Positions 53,896 to 60,634 of a stretch of DNA of 64,000 nt are shown piece by piece. The stretch spans positions 31,930,001 through 31,994,000 of the forward strand of contig OX597831.1 in assembly GCA_951406725.2 (NCBI GenBank). Direction: 5' to 3'. The notes below the pieces were generated by a model. The model was not told the DNA's origin, ran no database searches, and saw nothing but the letters and a program-made list of their open reading frames with translations. The DNA comes from Octopus vulgaris (lineage: Eukaryota). The position numbers were made by a program, and so were the translations under genes. Every line of letters begins with the position of its first letter. Position 1 is the stretch's first letter.

Positions 53896-56593
53896 TACAT
53901 ACACACACATATATATACTGTTGCATCTTCTCTACTCTCTTCCACTTTGTCTATCTTTCTCTCTCTAAATTCAGTCACTGGTGACATTTCTTTTCATCAA
54001 CCACCCCCCCACTACTGTTCTGCATCATCATTCTTATCTTCCTCATTTTCACAACTCCCTCCCCACTCCCACATGGAGTTGTAGTATATGTGGTCTATTT
54101 CCTCTCCACTTGTTTTCATGACACTGTTTATTCTCTCTCTTTCTATCTCTCTCTCTCATTCTCCTGTTCTCTCCCTTCCACCCTTTTTGGTCTCCATGGC
54201 TCCTCCCCTTCTCTCTAAGAGGCTCTTGGTGGTAGTGGTGGGGAGAAGTGTTCTCATGCTCCTCCCTCTGTCTCTCTCTCTTTCTGGAAAATCCTTTCAC
54301 TCCTCTATAAAAACACATTAATTACCAGAAGGGTGGAGTAGAACGGTAGGTAGGAGAGGGAGAGAAAGAGAGAGAGAAGCCAGAGGGGGAGGGGAAAGAA
54401 CAACCCTTCAATCACCAAAGAAAGAAATTCTCAACTTCCTGTCCCCCTTCCCCATAAATTTTAGTCCTTTTTTTTTTGTGTGAGGTGAATTCATGAACAT
54501 CTCTTCCCTATATTTTTCACAGGTATAGCTCCATAGTTAAGAAGCTCATTTTGCAAACATGTAGTTTTGGGTTCAGTCCCAATGTGTGACACTTTGGGCA
54601 AATGTCTCCAATGCCTTGTGAGTGAATTTGGCAGATGGAAACTGTGCAGAAGCCTATTATACATACATGTACATACCAGGTATGCTAGGTGTGTGGTACA
54701 CACCCATCGAAAATGGCAAATGCGTTATAAATATTAAACTTACTCATTAATTTAATCAAAAATCATAATGGGAAACTTTTGTTACAACCCTGCTGGAAAT
54801 TTGGTGGCAGGTGTCCTGAAATAACACTGCACACCTCACAGCACATTGTACCATAATATGGTACCAGGTGTATTGTAGGATAATGGAAGAATGGCAAAAA
54901 AATTAATAGTGAAGGGTGTATGACAGCTTTGACAACACGATTGTATGTCCATTTTCCTGGCGAGAAGTTGGACATTTAAATTAATTTAAAATTCCTAAAC
55001 TATAATTTTTTTTACAATAATTTTTTTCTTACATTATCACATATAACTTTGATCTTTGTTTTCAAAAGATTTGTTTTCAAAACTTATAATACGTATTTTG
55101 AAGTCTGAAACAAAACTTAAGTCAGGTTGAATTCTGACAGAATGCACATTTTCTGCTCTCAAATGAATAAATACTTGCTTCTGTGGGTCACAAAATCAGG
55201 GAAGACTAATTGGCCATAGTTTATTTTCAATTTGAAAAAGTATGCTAAAACAGCTCAAGTAAAATGGTTCATTGTACAATGAGGTTATCAAACATTTTAT
55301 GTCTCACAGAAGAAGAATAGAACTTATATATAAGTAATATATAAGTAAAATTATGTGGTTTCTTATTTTTCTGTGTGTGGTTGGCATTAGGAAGGGCATC
55401 CAGCTGTAGAAACATTGCCAGATCAGACTGGGCCTGGTCCAGCCTTCTGGCTTCCCAGACCCCAGTTGAACCATCCAACCCATGCTAGCATGGAAAGCGG
55501 ACGCTAAACGATGATGATGATGATGTGTGCATAAGAAAATTATGGCTTATTTTAGAATGCTTACAATTCATGGGATATTATAAATTCAGTTTACTTTAGT
55601 GCCATATATCTGTATCCCAACTGAATTAAGTTTACATTATTTACATTTTGGATCCTGCATTTTGAATAGAAATACACAGTTTGTATGTCTAATTTGAGTA
55701 ATACTAATTTTTAGTCAGAGTATGGTCAGTGTGGCAGCATTCCCAATGACAACAACCACCATGTGTCACTGGTAGATACATGTAAGGCACATGACAAGAA
55801 TACAGCGTGGGTTAGATAAGGATTACACGAAGGGTATAGGGTAGGATTGGGTTGGGTTGGGTTGGGTTGGATTATACCTAGAACAGTGGTTCTCACTTGA
55901 GGTCCATATACGATTTTTGTTGGGTTCACACAAAGCAAAACAGTAAATTGGGGGTCCACAATAATATTTTAGGTGTTAGTAAAAAGTTTTGCTTTTGATG
56001 TATTTATTGCCAGAAACAACTAGGTTCCTTTGTCTAACATTTTTCACAGTTCCACACACTTCTGGCCCCTGAAACATATTCTCTTGCTGAGTGCCATTGC
56101 AAGCCTAAATAAAGGAACATGGGGAAAACTAAGCAGAAATTTTGAAAGAAATATCTATAAGACTAGTTTTCAAACACCAAATGGTTATGCAGGGATCCAC
56201 CAGAATAAAATAAAAATCAAAGAGGGCCATTAGGCAAAAAATGGTTGAGAGCCACTGACCTAGAATATAAGGTTTGGTGGGTAAGACCAAGAATTTGGCA
56301 CATAATCTGAGGATTATGAAGGGCAATGGTAAGTTGAATGGTTTTAATATGAAAGCAGCATACAAGTTGTACATTCAGAAGAACAAAAGTTTTTTCCAAT
56401 CGTTATATTCTATTTAATTTAAAATTCTTTGCCTTGTTATTTAATGTCCAAACTATTATTAATTTTGTGAATTCTTTCTCTTCTTCCGTTTCAGTGTGGA
56501 TTCTTTGAAAGACAGAAAGTCCACCACATACGAGGACACAGTGGCAAGATGAGACAATTAACACAGCCTGATCCTGACGATGATAACAAATAA
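5047..56593 (+). CDS. Integrin alpha subunit, 3' part (15 exons joined, ~716 aa; N-terminus lies upstream of the window)
   Basis: join(5047..5135,10030..10080,12378..12515,14421..14523,16263..16445,19999..20196,21535..21671,23637..23738,26542..27026,31204..31402,34153..34194,35156..35275,42594..42686,51492..51602,56495..56593). All sites are GT-AG with compatible phases. Product has FG-GAP repeats, three DxxxDGxxD-type Ca2+ motifs, genu CGTDKIC, a TM helix and KCGFFER. Paralogue identity not assignable by eye. Confidence 0.95.
5240..6030 (-). mobile_element. Decayed CR1/Jockey-group LINE RT remnant
   Basis: Minus frames give QVRPT.E and [16 protein letters not shown], resembling LINE RT C-termini; frameshifted. 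Confidence 0.6.
5821..5908. repeat. 30-bp tandem repeat x3 (GTTGTGTGTGTATGTAGGAGTCACAGARMA)
   Basis: Direct reading of three near-identical units. Confidence 0.95.
6493..6604. repeat. Imperfect inverted repeat, ~45-bp arms
   Basis: AATACAAAGACTGGTACA...TTTTATTT versus AAATAAAAGG...TGTACCAGTCTCTGTATT. Confidence 0.85.
6997..7300 (-). mobile_element. 5'-truncated RTE LINE 3' end (or derived SINE) with (GAT)n tail, flanked by (TA)n
   Basis: Matches the 3' UTR of 44041..45362; TAGGAAGGGCATCCA motif and ~58-bp internal repeats. Confidence 0.88.
7325..7604 (+). mobile_element. RTE 3'-end copy in opposite orientation to 6997..7300
   Basis: Same motifs; ends ...CATGGAAAACAGACATTAAACGATGATGATG. Confidence 0.85.
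10030..10080 (+). CDS. Integrin alpha exon ([17 protein letters not shown])
   Basis: ttttttcag acceptor, CAA|gtaagt donor, 51 nt, phase 0/0; supplies GK-IYFY...G.Q before the next FG-GAP. Confidence 0.85.
10215..10895 (+). mobile_element. Family C SINE with an RTE 3'-end copy (10388..10661) nested in its internal (TA)/(TG) tract
   Basis: SINE head ends ~10370 and resumes ~10662, collinear with the intact copy at 51853..52258. Confidence 0.85.
11030..11211 (-). mobile_element. Hammerhead-core short element (family H), partial, with inverted tail
   Basis: Reverse complement reads ACACCTGATGAAGGCTAG...CAACCGAAACATGTT; homologous to 25824..26113. Confidence 0.75.
11690..12235 (+). mobile_element. 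Two tandem tRNA-headed SINEs, family D (V-domain-like segment)
   Basis: Two heads (..AGTGGTTAGG..GGTTTCRATTCC), each followed by GCTGYGATGRACTGGCRTCCYGTCCAG and a shared tail. Confidence 0.78.
12378..12515 (+). CDS. Integrin alpha exon, blade 5 ([46 protein letters not shown])
   Basis: FG..GAP repeat with Ca motif DVTGDGNDD; tttcag / gtaag sites. Confidence 0.96.
12613..12828 (+). mobile_element. mariner-derived MITE retaining the transposase 3' end
   Basis: TA-flanked; TIRs GGGGTGC..AAAAGTTCCTGGCTTT; copies at 21720..21934 and 43010..43216. Confidence 0.8.
13035..14110 (-). mobile_element. Internally deleted piggyBac element with a frameshifted 5' transposase remnant (~13841 to ~13404)
   Basis: TTAA|CCCTTTCGTTA ... 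TAACGAAAGGG|TTAA; minus strand encodes acidic [20 protein letters not shown] and LDYFFLLF...EMNRYA...PTTLNEIK (PGBD-type N-terminus). Confidence 0.88.
14421..14523 (+). CDS. Integrin alpha exon, blade 6 start ([34 protein letters not shown])
   Basis: FG...LGDINKDGF motif; ttccag / G|gtaag, ends phase 1. Confidence 0.95.
15675..15868 (-). mobile_element. Hammerhead-core element (family H), older copy nested within a family C SINE
   Basis: Reverse complement GACACCTGATGAAGGCTGG...CAGCCAAAACATTGTG; same tail as the other copies. Confidence 0.7.
16263..16445 (+). CDS. Integrin alpha exon, blades 6-7 ([18 protein letters not shown]...[17 protein letters not shown])
   Basis: GAPYE and DIDGNGYD motifs; ttgcag / gtaagt, phase 1/1. 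Confidence 0.96.
16537..16936. mobile_element. piggyBac-like MITE family F with a family E MITE (16578..16797) nested at an internal TTAA
   Basis: Both elements have TTAA|CCCTTT ... AAAGGG|TTAA ends. Confidence 0.82.
16990..17430 (-). mobile_element. RTE 3'-end copy with an expanded array of ~60-bp units
   Basis: (CAT)n at left, GGATGCCCTTCCTAA, then 4-5 GTGCTTTTTAYGTGCCA units. Confidence 0.82.
17768..18106 (+). mobile_element. Family C SINE
   Basis: Same head, core and tail as 51853..52258. Confidence 0.8.
18330..18570. repeat. Compound (TG)/(TA)/(CA) microsatellite
   Basis: Direct reading. Confidence 0.95.
19999..20196 (+). CDS. Integrin alpha exon, end of propeller and start of thigh ([19 protein letters not shown]...[18 protein letters not shown])
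   Basis: GAFLSD.AVLL motif and thigh cysteines; cacag / A|gtaagg, phase 1/1. Confidence 0.93.
21535..21671 (+). CDS. Integrin alpha exon, thigh ([22 protein letters not shown]...[12 protein letters not shown])
   Basis: LD....R..  and Cys pattern of the thigh domain; tccag / gtatgt, phase 1/0. Confidence 0.88.
21720..21934 (+). mobile_element. mariner-derived MITE
   Basis: Copy of 12613..12828. Confidence 0.8.
22021..22215 (+). mobile_element. Penelope pLTR-like fragment with degenerate hammerhead core, between (TA)n tracts
   Basis: GTTT-CCAATGA-A-GAGC-TCT-GCTC-GAAACGTT-AAAC at 22092..22126. Confidence 0.55.
22789..23015. repeat. Long near-perfect inverted repeat (107-bp arms, 13-nt loop)
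   Basis: 22789..22895 is the reverse complement of 22909..23015 with only a few mismatches. Confidence 0.95.
23637..23738 (+). CDS. Integrin alpha exon, thigh ([34 protein letters not shown])
   Basis: Pyrimidine tract plus ttctag, GAA|gtaagt, open frame, phase 0/0. Confidence 0.82.
24540..25345 (+). mobile_element. Old RTE-clade LINE RT remnant (distinct family)
   Basis: Fragments AAEC...GMKIS..KT, LTYGHE, PTGRRPR in shifting frames. Confidence 0.7.
25824..26113 (+). mobile_element. tRNA-headed short element with hammerhead-like core and inverted terminal duplication (family H), inside a family F MITE
   Basis: Head GGCATAGTGGTTAAG...TTTGATTCC (25872-25935), (AAC)n, CTGATGA-A-GGCTG..CAGCC-GAAAC (26027-26059); 3' end also present inverted at 25824-25873. 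Confidence 0.75.
26258..26420 (+). mobile_element. RTE 3'-end copy abutting a long (TA)n
   Basis: GGCGTTAGGAAGGGCATCCAGCCGTAGAAAC ... (GAT)n. Confidence 0.85.
26542..27026 (+). CDS. Integrin alpha exon, genu and calf-1 ([17 protein letters not shown]...NAREPAY...CDLKNP...AQLLLSG)
   Basis: Genu C-x5-C, N.xE.AY and CxLxNP motifs; overlaps ORF 26635..27030; ttatag / GG|gtaagt. Confidence 0.96.
27078..27490 (+). mobile_element. Family B SINE plus a tandem partial second unit
   Basis: Full unit 27078..27320, then the B-box and core are repeated with a different tail. Confidence 0.82.
27626..28478 (-). mobile_element. RTE 3' end with ~6 internal units, joined to an RTE RT fragment (~28150..28478)
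   Basis: Minus strand of the RT part encodes [30 protein letters not shown]. Confidence 0.8.
30660..31024 (+). mobile_element. Young RTE 3'-end copy
   Basis: CpG-intact internal units and tail. Confidence 0.85.
31204..31402 (+). CDS. Integrin alpha exon, calf-2 start (SSEPAFIVV...[13 protein letters not shown]...NATLK)
   Basis: S.P...H.Y...N.GPS motif; ctacag / AAG|gtaaga, phase 2/0. Confidence 0.93.
32655..33122. mobile_element. Two tandem family F piggyBac-like MITEs (~225 bp each)
   Basis: Direct repeat 32651..32880 and 32897..33126, each TTAA-bounded; termini resemble 13035..14110. Confidence 0.8.
33400..33800 (-). mobile_element. Family C SINE
   Basis: Homology to 51853..52258. Confidence 0.78.
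33935..34061. repeat. 20-bp minisatellite (TTTTGCCCATGTCATCTTTC) x~6
   Basis: Direct reading. Confidence 0.9.
34153..34194 (+). CDS. Integrin alpha 42-nt exon, calf-2 ([14 protein letters not shown])
   Basis: ttcttcttcag acceptor, GAG|gtaagt donor, symmetric phase 0, contains a Cys. Confidence 0.72.
34494..34715. mobile_element. piggyBac-like MITE, family E
   Basis: TTAA|CCCTTTAGCATT ... AATGCTGGGGGG|TTAA. Confidence 0.8.
35156..35275 (+). CDS. Integrin alpha exon, calf-2 ([40 protein letters not shown])
   Basis: ttttcag / TCT|gtaagt, open frame, FxC.V beta-strand pattern. Confidence 0.82.
36704..36932 (+). mobile_element. Family B SINE with 12-bp TSD
   Basis: AATATTTCTGGG at 36692-36703 and 36933-36944. 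Confidence 0.88.
37797..38150 (-). mobile_element. RTE 3'-end copy in a (TG/TA)-rich tract
   Basis: Homology to 44880..45362. Confidence 0.83.
38755..38892 (+). mobile_element. 5'-truncated family B SINE with 14-bp TSD
   Basis: AATATTTAAGTGTT at 38741-38754 and 38893-38906. Confidence 0.82.
39494..40093 (-). mobile_element. Solo LTR (600 bp), probably Ty3/Gypsy type
   Basis: TGTA...TACA termini, 4-bp TSD AACC on both sides, CpG-rich; orientation inferred from a minus-strand AATAAA near 39640. Confidence 0.8.
41325..41540. mobile_element. hAT-type MITE (216 bp)
   Basis: Perfect TIR CAGGGGTGGGCAAACT, 8-bp TSD CTCTACAG, subterminal GCGGGCCGCA repeats. Confidence 0.93.
42594..42686 (+). CDS. 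Integrin alpha exon, end of calf-2 ([31 protein letters not shown])
   Basis: Long pyrimidine tract plus cctcag, CAG|gtaaac, phase 0/0. Confidence 0.75.
43010..43216 (-). mobile_element. mariner-derived MITE
   Basis: Reverse copy of 12613..12828. Confidence 0.75.
44041..45362 (+). mobile_element. 5'-truncated RTE-clade LINE: RT C-terminal half plus 3' UTR with (GAT)n tail
   Basis: ORF 44014..44664 has [33 protein letters not shown] and GRGRPRK; probable TSD ATACAACA at 44031 and 45363. Confidence 0.93.
46500..47170 (-). mobile_element. RTE LINE RT fragment, decayed
   Basis: Reverse complement homologous to ~44130..44720 ([22 protein letters not shown]). Confidence 0.85.
49600..49880 (+). 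mobile_element. Family B SINE fragments in tandem
   Basis: Core and tail followed by B-box and core, same order as at 27078..27490. Confidence 0.8.
51492..51602 (+). CDS. Integrin alpha transmembrane exon ([37 protein letters not shown])
   Basis: Typical W-II...G-LLL...LWK integrin alpha TM; tttttag / AAG|gtaaga. Confidence 0.96.
51853..52258 (-). mobile_element. Family C SINE, near full length
   Basis: tRNA-like head, CCTTGGGCAAGT core-like motif, internal (TA)(TG) tract, tail GAAACAAGTAAAAGAATAAAAGAA. Confidence 0.85.
52850..53062 (-). mobile_element. Family D SINE
   Basis: Reverse homology to 11690..11935. Confidence 0.7.
55884..56257. mobile_element. hAT (Charlie-like) MITE, 374 bp
   Basis: TIR CAGTGG(T/C)TCTCA and 8-bp TSD ACCTAGAA. 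Confidence 0.88.
56495..56593 (+). CDS. Integrin alpha last coding exon, cytoplasmic tail ([32 protein letters not shown])
   Basis: tttcag acceptor, GFFxR motif directly after LWK, stop TAA at 56591-56593. Confidence 0.94.
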   Translation, partial: CGFFERQKVHHIRGHSGKMRQLTQPDPDDDNK

Positions 56594-57613
56594 TAGGATT
56601 ATTATTATTATTATTGAGGCGATGAGCTGGCAGAATATTGGTTTGCAGTTTCTGCTTCTGCTCTCTACATTTTGAGTTCAAATGCCACAAAGGCCAATGT
56701 CGGCTTTTGTCCTTTCAGAGTTGATGAAGTAAAGTGAAAATCAAGAACTGATGCCTGTCATCAACTTGCCTTCTTCCCCAAAAATTACTGGCTTTATACC
56801 AAAATTTGAAACCATTATTGTTATTTTATTTTTAATATTATTATTACTATCATGGACATATGTCCTCTCATTTCCTCTTCCCCTTCATTCCCACATAAAA
56901 CGATAAAAACAATAACAACAAGAAAAGCATATTGTTTATGATCTCATGTTCTCACAAACTACATATTAGGGATCAAACATTGGCCCTTTTTTACCCACCT
57001 CATCCCATTCCAATTCATAACTGATATCATTTCCATTCTAATCTCCTCCCACTCAGTCCTAACTCCTCATCTTCACTCCCTTTGTTTCCAACTCCCTGCC
57101 CAACTCCCTCTCATAAACAACCTGCTCTGGAAATTCTACATTGAACCAACTCGGTTAAAAAAAAAAAAAAACGCCACTAAAAGACAAGCAAAATGCACTT
57201 CCATTTATTTTTTAATTTTTCAACTGATGTAATTAAATTTATTTATGTGTTGTTGTTGAAAGAATTTCTTCTTTTTTGTTAATACTGTGACCAGTATCTC
57301 AGGTATTTAATGTCTTTTTTATCTAAAAGTATGTGTGGTGTATGCACCACAAGAAGAAGGAGATCTGTGGTGTCAAAGTGTGCACTTGTGTGTGTGCATT
57401 TGCATGCTATAAAGGCTGTAAACAAATTGGCAGCTGGCTTTGAAGAGCATGTGAAATAGAGATTTATTACTCAAAGTAAGAAAAAAGAGGTAAGGGTTAG
57501 CAACAGGAAGAGCATCTGGCTGTAAAATAATGCTCCAATGATACATTTGTCTTACCTATGCTAATATGAAATAACAAGCATAAAACAAACAAATATATAT
57601 ATATATATATATA

Positions 57614-57961
57614 TCATCATCATCATTTAACGTCCGCTTTCCATGCTAGCATGGGTTGGACGATTTGACTGAGGAATGGTGAACCAGATGTCTGCGCCAG
57701 GCTCCAATCTGATCTGGCAGAGTTTCTACAGCTGGATGCCCTTCCTAATGCCAACCACTCCAAGAGTGTAGTAGGTGCTTTTATGTGCCACCAGCATGAG
57801 GGCCAGTCTGGCAGTACTGGCAATGGCCATGCTCGAAATGGCGCTTTTTACGTGCCACCTGCACAGGAGTCAGTGCAACGGCACTGGCAACGACCTCGCT
57901 CGAATGTTTTGTTCACGTGCCAGTAAGGCGACGCTGGTAATGATCACGCTCAAATGGTGCT
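57614..57961 (-). mobile_element. RTE 3'-end copy flanked by (TA)n
   Basis: (CAT)n tail and GGATGCCCTTCCTAATGCC motif. Confidence 0.85.
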
Positions 57962-57972
57962 TATATATATAT

Positions 57973-58945
57973 CCTGCTGAGGATATGCGTAAGCTTGCAA
58001 GAAATGAAGCCAGTATGCTCCGATGGATGTGTAATGTCAGTATTCATACTCGACTGAGTGTAAGTACCTTGAGAGAAAAGCTGGACCTAAGAAGCATCAG
58101 ATGTGGTGTGCAAGAGAGATGTTTGCACTGGTATGGACATGTGGTGAGAATGGATGAAGATAGTTGTGTGAAAAAGTGCCACACTCTAGCGGTTGAGGGA
58201 ACCTGTGGAAGAGGCAGACTCAGGAAAACCTGGGACGAGGTGGTGAAGCACGCCCTTCGAACTTTAGGTCTCACTGAGGAAATGACTAGAGACTGAGACC
58301 TCTGGAAGTATGCTGTGCGTGAGAAGACCTGGCAGGACAAGTGAGACCATAGCCCGTGGCCTTCTACATGGGATGTAGCCAGCCCATTTATGCATACCTT
58401 CCCTTCTTGGGACACAAAACTCTACTTGTGAAGACCTGTTGAGGCAGGTGAGAATCAGAATTGAAATCGATCAATGGAAATTGCAGCTGAGTTACCAGTG
58501 CCAGTGGCACGTAAGAGAACCATCCGAATGTGGCCGTTGCCAGCACCGCCCTGACTGGCCTCGTGCTGGTGGCACGTAAAAAGCACCATCCGATCGTGGC
58601 CGTTGCCAGCCTCGCCTGGCCCCCGTGCCGGCGGCACATAAAAAGCACCATCCGTTCATAGCCGATGCCAGCCTAGCCTGGCCCCCGTGCCAGTGGCACA
58701 TAAAAAGCACCATCCGTTCGTGGCCTTTTGCCAGACTCGTCTGGCATCTGTGCCGGTGGCACGTAAAAAGCACCCACTACACTCATGGAGTGGTTGGCGT
58801 TAGGAAGGGCATCCAGCCGTAGAGACATTGCCAGATCAAACTGGGCCTGGTGCAGCCTTCTGGCTTCCCGGACCCCAGTTGAACCGTCCAACCCATGCTA
58901 GCATGGAAAGCGGACGCTAAACGGTGATGATGATGATGATGATGA
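57973..58945 (+). mobile_element. 5'-truncated RTE LINE (RT C-terminus plus 3' UTR)
   Basis: AEDMRKLARNEASMLRWMC...WYGHVVRM...RKTW; collinear with 44395..45362. Confidence 0.92.
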
Positions 58946-58973
58946 TAGATAGATATATATATTTATCATTTAA

Positions 58974-59270
58974 TATTACACAATTACAAAAGAGCTACCA
59001 ATAGTTTCATGCTTTAAGATATATCAAATTTGTACATTTTCTTTTCTTTCTTCTCGTTCCACTTTTTGCATCAACTTTCTATGCATTTTTTTTTTGCTTT
59101 TTCCTCATTTTTTCTCATAGATCAATGTCCTGGTTTTTTAAATGCACCTAACATTGTGAACTGACCCTGAAAAATTGCTTGGCGATACATGACATGTTAT
59201 AGAAATCTGCCAATTTATTGTATCTTAAAGCATGAAACTATTATTAGCTCTTTTGTAATTGTGTATAATA
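58974..59270. repeat. Inverted repeat, ~50-bp arms and ~195-bp spacer
   Basis: ACACAATTACAAAAGAGCTA..TAGTTTCATGCTTTAAGATA and its reverse complement. Confidence 0.88.
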
Positions 59271-59347
59271 CCTGATATTTATGTCTCACTGGATGGAGTA
59301 CTTTTTTGTTGATCCTACATATAATAGAATTACGAACTCTCTCTCTC

Positions 59348-59383
<36 letters not shown>

Positions 59384-59389
<6 letters not shown>

Positions 59390-60634
59390 TGGCAATTAAG
59401 TTCCAGCCATTTTTTAAAAGGTTTAATAAAAAATAACTGATTAATCAATAATGTATTCACCCTCGTTGTTTACAATTTCTTCCTAATGTTCAACAAGATT
59501 TTCAATACCTCCTTGGTAAGAAATCACCCAATTTCGACTCAAAAAATTGATCCAACCAAGCTCTCAATTCTGCATCAATATTGAATGAAACTCCATGCAT
59601 AACATTTGAAAGAGATTGAAAGAGGTGGAAATCCATTGGTGCCAAATCAGGGGAGTCTGGTGGGTGTGGCAGCACTTCCCAGCCATGCATTTGAATGGCT
59701 TCCTTGGTCATATTGGTGATATGAAGGCGGGTGTTGTCGTGCAGCAGAATTCCATACTGCCGATTAGGTATTTTCTCTTGAATAGCCGTGTTGAGTCATT
59801 CCTTCTGTTGAACATAGACCGTTTGGTTCCATTTAAGCAATTCGTAATGGATAATCCCTTCCCAGTCCCACCATATGCATAACATTGTTTTACGCGGATG
59901 AAGATCTTGTTTCACGTGTGGTGTTGCTTGTTTACCGGGGCTAAGCCATTCCTTACGCTGCTTCATATTGATGTACAGGCACCATTTTTCGTCACCAGTA
60001 ACGATTCGGTAAAGAAATCATTGATTGTGTCCATGAATTGAGCAGTGACGAGCAAGCAAACCAGCGAAGATTGTGGCTCGTTGATTTTTGTTGTTGTCAC
60101 TTAAAACATGAAGAACTCATGCTCCATACTTCTGAATCTTTCCCATTGAGTAAAGATGCTTCTCTATAGCAGTGTGGGAGCATTCCATTTTCTCTGCCAG
60201 TTCCCTTGTCGTTTGATGAAAATTTTCATGCAAAAGTTGGTTTAATCGCTTTTCATCAAACTCAACTGGATGACCAGAATGAGGTGCGTCTTTGAGGTCA
60301 AAATTTCCATTCTCGAACTTGGCATACCAATCGCGAGTGGTTCTTTCAGCTATGGCACCCTCTCCACACACAGCACAAATATCACGAGAAGCTTTTGTGG
60401 CCTTAGTACCTTGATTAAAAGCAAAAAGGTGTCGAAAATGCTTGTTTTTCTTAACTTGACATTCCATTTTAATGATCTGAAAATAAGCAAAAATTAACTA
60501 AAATTAACTAGAAAAAAAAATAGATTCCAAAATGATTCAAAAATAGAATTCTCAAAAAATATAGATTCCAAAATTTAAAAATGCAATAAATACCAAAATT
60601 TGAAAAAATGGTGGGAACTTAGTTGCCAACCCAA
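59384..60634 (-). mobile_element. Full-length (1251 bp) decayed mariner transposon, mellifera-subfamily-like
   Basis: TA-flanked TIRs T(T/A)GGGTTGGCAA(C/T)TAAGTTCC..CCATTTTT enclosing a transposase pseudogene. Confidence 0.94.
59440..60467 (-). pseudogene. mariner DD34D transposase pseudogene
   Basis: HTH N-terminus (HFRHL, HSGHP), IVTGDEKW, LLHDN, HPPDSPDLAPMDFHLF; stops and frameshifts. Confidence 0.92.

Noticed and set aside
58480-58800. CRISPR-like repeat-spacer array
   Set aside because: The 'spacers' are homologous to each other, the array is part of a LINE 3' UTR present many times, there are no cas genes and the context is eukaryotic.
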